Part shown: piece by piece, positions 10,745 through 19,858 of the stretch
Layout: each line of letters begins with the position of its first letter
Position numbering within the stretch: the first letter of the stretch is position 1
Assembly (NCBI GenBank): GCA_030167865.1
Contig: JALAGF010003786.1
Span: forward strand, 1-52,595
Direction of reading: 5' to 3'
Source: Craspedostauros australis
Lineage: Eukaryota
Length of the DNA: 52,595 bases
Made by a program: the position numbers and the translations under genes
Notes under the pieces: generated by a model
Told to the model about the DNA's origin: nothing
What the model saw: only the letters and a program-made list of their open reading frames with translations
Databases searched by the model: none

Positions 10745-11821
10745 ATGTTGGACGATCACGACTGTCGCACTGCCATTGCCCATTCTGCGGCACAGTGTGA
10801 GCTCAAGCATGGGCATTCACATCAGCATGAAACTGGGTACGACCACCCGCACCTGCGTGAGCATCATGCCTCCGACAAAACGAGTGTCCATGATGGTAAT
10901 GACATTGATGACGACGACAGCAGCAGCATTGCCAGCAATAACAGCTTCGATGCCGCTGCTGCGATGATGATGAGAGGCGCCTTCTTGCGCAAGCTGCGGG
11001 AGATAGAGCTGGAGGACGAGGCCGCTCGAGAGGCTGATGATACCGAGGCCACCTCATCGTCCATGTCCTCGTCATCGTCATCATCTCTAGCTGGCCACTG
11101 TGATGACACCTTGGACTACAAGTCCTACCTCGCCGATCAATCCTACTACGATGACTACAAGCATGTCAATTACAAATTCATCGATTACGGTGCGATCGTC
11201 GCATCCGATAAATCGCTCGTCATCGAGCAGGATCGAACCATCGGCAAGGGAGGATTTTGCTGGGATCCTGGTTTCATCCTCGGCCAACATTTCCTCTCCA
11301 TGCTGCCAACCATTAAGAAGAGCGACGGCAACAGAATCAACGGGATTTTGGAATTGGGAAGCGGACCGGGCGTCGCAGGACTCATGGCAGCACAGGCCTT
11401 GCCCGATGTTCCTGTCCATCTCACGGATCTGCCAGAAGTACTGCCCTTGCTGCAGCGCAACGTTGCGGCACTGCCCAATGCATCGGCGTCCACCTTGAGG
11501 TGGGGAACAACACCAGCAACATCGCAATCGTCGTTATCACCCAAATACGATGTCATTTTGGGCGGCGACGTCGTGGCGTCGATTTACAGCACATCTGCGC
11601 TCATTCAGACCTTGCGAGACATGTCGCATGCCGACACATGGATCGTCATCAGCGTGCGGGACCGATTGGCATCGACGATTGAGCCATTCGAAGCGGAGAT
11701 GCGGCGGCTCTTCCAGTATGTGGATCGTTGCGCACCGCAGAGCGATCTCAAGACACCCAACGTGTTCATCTTTGTGGCGCATGGCAAGAAGGAGGAAGGC
11801 GGAGATGCGCAGCAGCAATGA
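10745..11821 (+). CDS. Seven-beta-strand protein lysine methyltransferase (METTL21 / Methyltransf_16-like)
   Basis: IEQDRTIGKGGFCWDPG, motif I ILELGSGPGVAGL, LTDLPEVLPLLQRNV, LRWG and YDVILGGDVV; His- and acid-rich N-terminal extension. Exact start uncertain. Confidence 0.85.
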   Translation: MLDDHDCRTAIAHSAAQCELKHGHSHQHETGYDHPHLREHHASDKTSVHDGNDIDDDDSSSIASNNSFDAAAAMMMRGAFLRKLREIELEDEAAREADDTEATSSSMSSSSSSSLAGHCDDTLDYKSYLADQSYYDDYKHVNYKFIDYGAIVASDKSLVIEQDRTIGKGGFCWDPGFILGQHFLSMLPTIKKSDGNRINGILELGSGPGVAGLMAAQALPDVPVHLTDLPEVLPLLQRNVAALPNASASTLRWGTTPATSQSSLSPKYDVILGGDVVASIYSTSALIQTLRDMSHADTWIVISVRDRLASTIEPFEAEMRRLFQYVDRCAPQSDLKTPNVFIFVAHGKKEEGGDAQQQ

Positions 11822-12558
11822 AGAGAAGCAACCGGCATGGATTCGGGCGTGATGGGAGCACCGATGTTTGGCTGTTGCTGTGTGTGCTCTGCATAACAGA
11901 AGCATTTGAACTTTGACATCAACGATTTAGGTTTTACTACTTCTGTACATGGATTGAACTCTTTTCTGCTTGTGTTTGTCTTGTTGTTGTTGTTGTTGTT
12001 GTGGTGGTGGTGGTGATGCGTACCACAATGCATCAGTACGTATCCGTATGCGTGTCCTTTGCGGCCGACTGTCCCATTGGTCATCATGCCATCGTGGTTG
12101 CGCCGGTTGGTTTGCCTTGCGAGCTACGAATTCTTATTCTACAAAATCAGCAAGCAACGCCCCATGTGTGCACAAGCACACAGACACATACCGTGCACAC
12201 ATGCATGCGTTTGGTATTGGTCGGTAGGTAGATGCATGGCCGCACGATTCGGCCGGTGAGCTTGATTTCCTCATCGAGTTCTCGGTCTGACTCTGATGTG
12301 CAGGCCTTCCTTCCCTTCCTGACAAAAGGACCTTCACTTTTCTATTCCTCTCCTTTTGCTCCGCCTGTGATTTCTTGCCCCGTCTTGCCTTGCATTGCTT
12401 TGCATCGTGCCATGCCGTGCCGCGATACAATGCTGTGCATCGTGCTGCGCTGTGTGGTATTGTAGAACATGGCACTCGTACCATGCTCGTAGTAGCTCTA
12501 CGGCAGTACCATGCAAGGGCGATGCGATGCTGCAAGGCGCCCATCATCTCTCCTCTCC

Positions 12559-14457
12559 TTACTGTCTCTTGGCTCCCTTTGTGGTCTTGGATCCCTTGTG
12601 CGTTGGATCGTCGGCGTTATGCGTCGGTGATTGCATGCCCTTCAGCCCCTTCGCCATCTTGGGCGTCTTGGTGCTCTTCGTTGTTTTGGAGACCGAGGCT
12701 GTTTGTGCCGTTGTCGTCGTCTGCTTGATGGAGTCCTTGAACGCGGCGCGTCCAAACTCTTGGCCAGCAGCAAAGGCGCTGGCTGTTATGGCGATCGTCT
12801 CTTGGGTGTTCTTCTGCTCTTCCCCGGCAACGTCGAAGTCGTCTGCGAGCAGATCCTCCAGCTCGTCCAGGTCATCCAAGCCGAGACCCATGAAGACGGA
12901 GGCGGCTGTGTCCGTAGACATGGACATTGACATGGACATGGACATGGACATCGACATGGACATCATCACCGGTGGCATAGTCTGCTGCACAGGTGACAAA
13001 GTTGGCGCCGCTGAGCCAGTTGGTGCCGGCGTACCAGCGGTCGGTGCCTGGCTGTCGGTCTGCCCTGAGACTGGCATACGCGTGGGTGTTCCGCTTGGTG
13101 GTGTACTTGGCGATGCGCTTGGCATTTCGCTCGGCGTTGTACTTGGCGGCGCACTTGGCGATGCGCTTGGCGCTGCGCTGGGCGATGCACTTGGCGATGC
13201 ACTTGGTGGTGTGCTGGGCGACTGGCTTGGTGAGACCGATGGAGTGGCCGTTGGCAGGGAGGTTGGTGCGCTGGTGGGTTGGGACGTCGGCGGCAGGGTC
13301 GGTGCAGATGTTGGGACAGGGGCATCTGGACAGAAGTCTCCGTTGATTGGGCCCAGATTTTCCTACGTGGCCAGATAGAATGGAACGGAGCCGACATGGA
13401 AGGATTGAGTGCGTTCCCGGAACACGCGGTCGTTGCCGGGGTACGCAAAACGGCGTCATGGGACAGAGAGCGATGGCCATCGCGTTCGTAGTGCGGTTGG
13501 CAGTGCAGTTTGCAGTGTGAATGCGATGTGCGTCAGTTGTGTCATCCAAAGTTGGATGGTGTTGTGATTGGCAGCGCGGCGCGTGATGGCATGGCATCCG
13601 ACGGTCCCATAATCCAGCACGCAGTTTGGGCCATATGATGGAAACGGTGTCAGATATTGGGTTGTGCGTTGCACGTTGTCGCGGCACAGTGCATTCGACA
13701 AGGTTTGGCGATGCGAAACGGACGAGACAACAGAAAAAGAAACAAATGCAGTTTTGAGAGAATAGGTTGTTTTGGAATGAATCGATAAGACCAATCAATG
13801 ATCTTCAGACGCAACCATACACAAAGAATCACATTCACCGATCATCATCAGACTCTCAACCCAGGACAGCGCCACACGCACTATGCCATGCCATGCCATG
13901 CCATGCCATGCCATGTACAGCGTTTCGTTTGAACTTACGAAGACGACCCAACCGATGCTGTTTCCTGTTGTGATGACTGGGAATTGGTCGCACTCGTTGG
14001 TGAAAATGAACGAAAGGGTTTGGATGATGTTCTGATCGAACTGATTCAGACCGGTGATGTCCATCTGGATACCTCGCGGCAGCTGTAGCTGCCCGTTGAT
14101 GTTGTCGGAGTCATCAATGATGGAAATGTACGTGAACGTGTCTCCGTTCAGGAACAGTCTGTCATCCAGCAGCGTGGTCTTGACGGGACGCAAGTCTTGC
14201 CCGAGTTCTAGGATCGTGACATCACCGACGGAGATGGGAGTCAGATCGGTGGTTGTTTGCTGATTCTCTGGCGTAACGAAACAGAGGGAGGTGTCGATAC
14301 CGCGAAGATCAAGGTTGTCGATCGGAGGACATATCAGAGCAAAGTTGAACCGGAACTGGTACGTCCTGGCAGAGCAGGCGCACACATCATCCTGTGCGGC
14401 TGCTGGCGCCAGTAGGAGCGACAGCAGTATCGTCGAAAGGAATGCAGCGATGCTCAT
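12559..14457 (-). CDS. Secreted protein A (~440 aa): CAC-type N-terminal domain, PTS linker, (SM)n repeat and K-x-x periodic tail; 2 exons (14457-13939, 13362-12559)
   Basis: Signal peptide MSIAAFLSTILLSLLLAPAAA|QDDVCACS. Donor GTAAGT at 13938 after GWVVF; acceptor CGTAG at 13363; phase-0 join gives GWVVF-ENLGPINGDFCP, in frame with ORF 12559-13125. Confidence 0.8.
13882..13915. repeat. (ATGCC)n pentanucleotide microsatellite inside the intron of protein A
   Basis: atgccatgccatgccatgccatgccatgccatg read directly. Confidence 0.8.
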
Positions 14458-16502
14458 GATGTGATGGTGGCGTCTGGCTCGTCTCGTTGTCGGGTTGCGC
14501 TGTATGCGTTGTTTTGCGTCGAATGCACCCTCTTCGTCGTCGTCGTCGTCGTCGTTGTTGCCGTAGATCAACTCCACAGATTTCGGAGGAGCGTATGCAA
14601 AGCGGTGATGGGTGCTGATCTCGTGGTCGTGAGAGTACTGTTGTTGATGCCGCTGCTGTCGATGAAGCTGTTGTTGGCCGCGGTGGTGGTAGCTACGATG
14701 TTTCTGTTCGTTCTTCTCTCTCAAAGACGCGTCCAATTGCTAATCTTTCGTGTATTCAACTCCAAACAAACGGTGTTGATGAATTGGAAGCAGGGCGTGA
14801 GGTTTGTGAGCTGATGTATGCGCTATCGGTGTATGGACGGATCGTGAGTCTTTGCAATGAATTTTGTGTCTTCAGCAACATGCCCTCCAACAGCGTTTAT
14901 TCGCACAACAAGCAACTGGGCGGACAGAGACGGGAGAGAAGGAGGTACAGCAACCGAGATGTAGCTACAGGCAGTGGAAGAAGGAAGACGGAAGAGGCCA
15001 CATACATACCATGAGCACAGTGGCGTCGGCTTCTGATCCCGCTCCCTTGCGCATCCAAGGCAAACAACCTCCCTTTTTTGATGAAGCTGACCAAAAAGAT
15101 GAGGCCAACGAACAAAAATTTGCGTCGACAGGATTGAGTGTTCTATTTCTCATGTCTGACCGTTATCGAGCGCGTCGTGTTGGCGTAATTGTCAACTTTT
15201 TTGGTGACCGTCCAACTCTCTGCTCTGCCTGATGTCTCACACAAACCGATGAACAAATTGTGGCGGTGGTCTCCGTTCAGTTGCGTGATTTTGTCGTTCT
15301 TGGTTCGATCGCCATCGCAACCTTTCTCAAACCACGAACTCACGTCCGCGTTGGAGAGAGGTGTGGCCAACCTGCGGGGCAGGAGAGGACGAGGAGTACT
15401 CTTGCCATCGCTGATTGCCCCTTGGTGGACCATCGTTTGCACGTTACTGTTTTTGTTGATCATAAAGCCATCGTCTTCGATCAACAAAATCCGTGGCCAT
15501 CAACAAAAGAAGCCTCTATCGCTGAATGGTTGAGCGATTGAGAGCGGAATAGTAGGAAGACCACGTGAAGGATGAAGCTGCAGAATGGATCGACATCAGC
15601 AGGGCGCCAACATGGCTTCGGGGGACGAGCGCGGGTGCCGGTGCCGGTGCCTCTATCAGGCCTTCTTGTGGTAGGGCGAGGCGGATCATGCTTCAGGGTT
15701 CTATCTCAGGAGGGTGTGATGGAATGGAATGCCACACCCCAAGCTGGATGAGCACTCATGGGCACGTACGAGTGCAGTGGCAGTGATGACGATGGCGCAA
15801 GCGAAGATGCCAGCAACGCTGACCACGTTGGCCCTGGTCATGGACAAGACCGCGACGATGGTCGTCAAGACGATTCTTCGATCCTCATGCATGCGGTACG
15901 TTCATATGGCAAAGATGATCGACGATCAACCAGCATCGTCATCCTTCCAGACACCATCCACGCACGACGCACCATCTATCGTTTCATACTTGTTGCGACC
16001 GAGCCATTTGATCAGCTGATGAGACCTCATCATGTCCGTGGATCGAGGTACTGCCAGGCTCCACGGAAACCGCATATGCTCGGACCTGCAAGAAACAAAG
16101 CGCTGTTCATTGATTCAATGGTTCATTGGTTTACTTGTTAACTTTTGTTCTTTTGAGGATGTGAATACTATACAAACACGTGTGTATCTATGGCGTGCAG
16201 AATTGCCCGATGGAAGGGCATGTCCCGCTCTCTGGTGTGCTTCGGTGGAACTTGGCCGGCGTCAAGCCTGTGTACAATTTGGTCATGGAGATCTTCGACT
16301 GCGTGAAGAGCGTCGTCGTTGTCGGATCTCATCCTTGGCTTGCGGGTGCTGCATGGCTCATGCCCGCAAGTCTGAGCTGGATCGAGGAGGGGAAGCTCGA
16401 GATTTGGCGTGCTGCCACGACGATTGTGGCCGGATGGGCACGGTTTGACCGATGGGGCCATGCTCATGATATTGCGCGCTGTGCCCAAATCTATGCGTCA
16501 AC

Positions 16503-19500
16503 CTACTGCAGATCCTCCTGGATCGAAGCCATCGGTGTGCTCTGCATGTTGGCTGTGCTCTCGACCGTTTCTTCTCCCAAAAGCCTGTCTTTGCTTGACT
16601 TGCTGCCCTTGCCCTTGCCTTCGTCGGAATCAGAGTCAGAGCTATCGGATTTGCTGGACTTGCTGCCCTTGCCCTTGCCATCTTCGGAGGTAGTAGTCGG
16701 ACTGTCGTAGTATCCCTTGCCCTTGCCCTTTCCGTCCGCTGAGTCCGAATCAGAGCTGTCGGATTTGCTGGATTTGCTACCCTTACCCTTTCCGTCATCG
16801 GAGGTATCAGACTTATCGGACTTGCTCCCCTTGCCCTTTCCGTCGTTAGAGTCAGAGTCAGAGCTACCAGACTTGCTGGATTTGCTGCCCTTGCCCTTGG
16901 CGTCATCGGAGGTATCAGACTTGTCGGACTTGCTGGACTTGCTGCCCTTGCCCTTGCCATCTTCGGAGGTAGTAGTCGGACTGTCGTAGTATCCCTTGCC
17001 CTTGCCCTTTCCGTCCGCTGAGTCCGAATCAGAGCTGTCGGATTTGTCGGACTTGCTGGACTTGCTGCCCTTGCCCTTGCCGTCATCGGAGGTATCAGAC
17101 TTGCTGGATTTGCTGCCCTTGCCCTTGCCGTCTCCGGAAGTGTCAGATGTGGTGCCCTTGCCCTTGCCCTTGCCTTCATCAGAAGTGTCAGACTTGTCGG
17201 ACTTGCTGCCCTTGCCCTTGCCGTCATCGGAGGTATCAGACTTATCGGACTTGCTCCCCTTGCCCTTGCCATCATCAGAAGTGTCAGACTTGTCGGATTT
17301 GCTGGACTTGCCGCCCTTGCCCTTGCTGTCATCGGAAGTGTCGGACTTGCTGGATTTACTGCCCTTGCCCTTTCCGTCGCCGGAGGTATCAGACTTGCTG
17401 GATTTGCTGCCCTTGCCCTTCCCGTCTTGAGAGGTATCAGATGTAGTACCCTTTCCTTTGCCCTTGCCTTCATCGGAAGTGTCGGACTTGCTGGATTTGC
17501 TTCCCTTGCCCTTGCCGTCATCGGAGGTATCAGACTTGCTGGATTTGCCGCCCTTGCCTTTGCCGTCTTGAGAGGTATCAGATGTGGTACCCTTTCCTTT
17601 GCCCTTGCCTTCATCGGAAGTGTCGGACTTGCTGGACTTGCTGCCCTTGCCCTTGCCCTTGCCGTCATCGGAAGTGTCGGACTTGCTGGATTTGCTGCCC
17701 TTGCCCTTGCCCTTGCCGTCATCGGAGGTATCAGACTTGCTGGATTTGCTGCCCTTGCCCTTCCCGTCTTGAGAGGTATCAGATGTGGTACCCTTTCCTT
17801 TGCCCTTGCCTTCATCGGAAGTGTCGGACTTGCTGGATTTGCTGCCTTTGCCCTTGCCGTCATCGGAAGTGTCGGACTTGCTGGATTTACTGCCCTTGCC
17901 CTTGCCCTTGCCGTCATCGGAAGTGTCGGACTTGCTGGATTTGCTGCCCTTGCCCTTGCCTTTGCCATCATCGGAGGTGTCGGACTTGCTGGACTTGCTG
18001 CCCTTGCCCTTTCCATCTCCGGAGGTAGTAGTCGGGCTGTCGTAGTATCCCTTGCCCTTGCCCTTGCCGTCTCCGGAAGCGTCAGATGTGGTGCCCTTGC
18101 CCTTGCCCTTGCCTTCATCAGAAGTGTCAGACTTGTCAGACTTGCTGGATTTGCTGCCCTTGCCCTTGCCGTCATCGGAGGTATCAGACTTGTCGGACTT
18201 GCTGGACTTGCTGCCCTTGCCCTTGCCATCTCCGGAAGTATCAGATGTAGTGCCCTTGCCCTTGCCCTTGCCTTCATCAGAAGTGTCGGACTTGCTGGAT
18301 TTGCTGTCCTTGCCCTTGCCGTCTTCGGACTTGTCAGACTTGCTGGACTTGCTGCCCTTGCCATCTTCGGAGGCATCAGATGTGCTGCCCTTTCCTTTGC
18401 CTTTTCCATCGTCGGATGAGGTCGTCTTGTCCGACTTGCTGGACTTGCTGCCCTTGCCCTTGCCCTTGCCCTTGCCCTTGCCATCTTCGGATGTAGTCGT
18501 GCTTCCCTTGCCCTTGCCCTTGCCGCCACCACTCTTGTAGTAGTTACCGGCGTCGTAGTATTCGTACGAGTTCGGGTCGCCACGGGAAACCTTCCCGCGC
18601 GTGCCAACCGGCTTCGTGACAACGGTATCAGTTCCTTGGACGTCGCCGCCTCCGTTGCTTTGCTCTTGTGGTTCGTAGCTGTCCCTGTCAACAAGTGGCG
18701 TCTTTGGGATTCGGAGGTTCGTGGTGCGACCAGCTGAGTCTGCGGCTTCTCCATCCGTGACCTCCGTTGTCGTCTCGTCCTCTCTGCCGAACTCGTCCTG
18801 GAGGACGACGGGATCATCCATCTCGAGATCGACGCCGAGAGCCATAGACATCTGGCCGGAAGGATTTGACATCGATGGCGTCATGGATGGCTGGTAGGTA
18901 GGAGATGACGTGGCAGGCAACTTGGTTGGTCCTGAGGTCGGGGAGGTGGTTGGCGCAGCGGAGATGGTGGGAGGATTCGTTGCTGGGAGCCCTGGCGAGA
19001 GCGGGCAAAGAGATTTGCGTGCGTTGCCCACTTCTTCCTGCGAATGCAAATGATGACGGTTGTGAAGGCAGGAAATGCAACATAGCACGATAAGATGTCG
19101 ACGAAGAATAGCGAGAGGAATGAGTGAGTGAATGAGTGATTTAGTACCGTTCTTCATCAGATTTGGAAACCCGAGAAATCTGGGCCATGAAAGACCACAG
19201 CAACAAATCAAAACGAAGCATTGCGAGTTGATGCGGGGTGCGCGCAACCTCCAAGTTGAGACACTGCAATGCGACGCGGCGCGATCGCTCGCACAAGAAA
19301 CCCATCGTTGGCCGTACTTACGATTGTGATCCAGCCAACGCTGTCACCTGCGTTGAGGACTGGGAATGCTCCGCATTCGTTGTTGAAAACGATCGTGAGA
19401 AGATTGATGATGGATTCCTGCTCGTCGTTGTCTGCTAGGACGTCAATCTGAAGTGCACGGGGGACGTCGTTCATGTCCATGATCTGGTCCGAAAGAGCAG

Positions 19501-19858
19501 AGAGCGAAGAGTATTCAAATTCGAATCCATCCTCGAACTCTCCTTCGCGCACGTCCTTGACCAGCGGGCGGAAGTTCTGATCAAGCTCGATGATTTCGAT
19601 CTTCGTCCCGTTGACGGGCACCAAGTTCTGCACGTCATCATCGAGGTAGGGGTTGATGAAGCATCGGATTTCCTTGACGCCGTTGTTCATGGTGGCGTTG
19701 CTTGGTGGGCAGACCATGTCGAAGTCGATCTTGAATCTGTAGAAGCTTGGCGAGCAAGCGCAGATGTCTGTTCCGATTTCTTGCGCAGTCGAAAGCATCG
19801 GGGATGCAAGCAATGGCAGCATGATGGCTGCTGCCGAATGCATAACGCTCTTCATCAT
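16503..19858 (-). CDS. Secreted silaffin/cingulin-like protein B (~1023 aa): CAC-type N-terminal domain plus ~650-aa K/G/S/D repeat and C-terminal RXL; 2 exons (19858-19322, 19037-16503)
   Basis: Signal peptide MMKSVMHSAAAIMLPLLASPMLSTA|QEIGTDICACSP. Donor GTAAGT at 19321 after GWITI; acceptor TTCGCAG at 19038; phase-0 join GWITI-EEVGNARKSLCP is in frame with ORF 16503-19247. Repeat DDGKGKGSKSSKSDTS; ends KSSKDRLLGEE...DLQ. Confidence 0.85.
16590..18537 (-). repeat. Coding minisatellite array encoding GKGKG/SKSSKSD/YYDSPTTT units
   Basis: Highly repetitive cccttg / gacttgctgga units; about 24 KSSK motifs by hand count and three GKGYYDSPTTTS units (near 16704, 16983, 18039). Confidence 0.92.

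Noticed and set aside
12395-13378. 327-aa plus-strand ORF with DMDMD and LGDALG repeats
   Set aside because: Antisense of protein A exon 2 (SMSM and PSASPS repeats).
14800-16490. Several 60-140-aa ORFs between the two paralogs, including 16168-16488 (-)
   Set aside because: No recognisable motifs or consistent splice model. 16168-16488 is out of frame with protein B and separated from it by stops, so it is treated as UTR or intergenic.
16590-18537. Possible CRISPR-like repeat array
   Set aside because: Units are contiguous in-frame coding repeats without unique spacers, there are no cas genes, and the context is eukaryotic.
16358-18817. 819-aa ARARARA/ASPASPT ORF and plus-strand LPLPLP/CPCPCP ORFs
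   Set aside because: Alternative-frame and antisense shadows of the K/G/S/D coding repeat. Only the KG frame splices to a signal-peptide exon.
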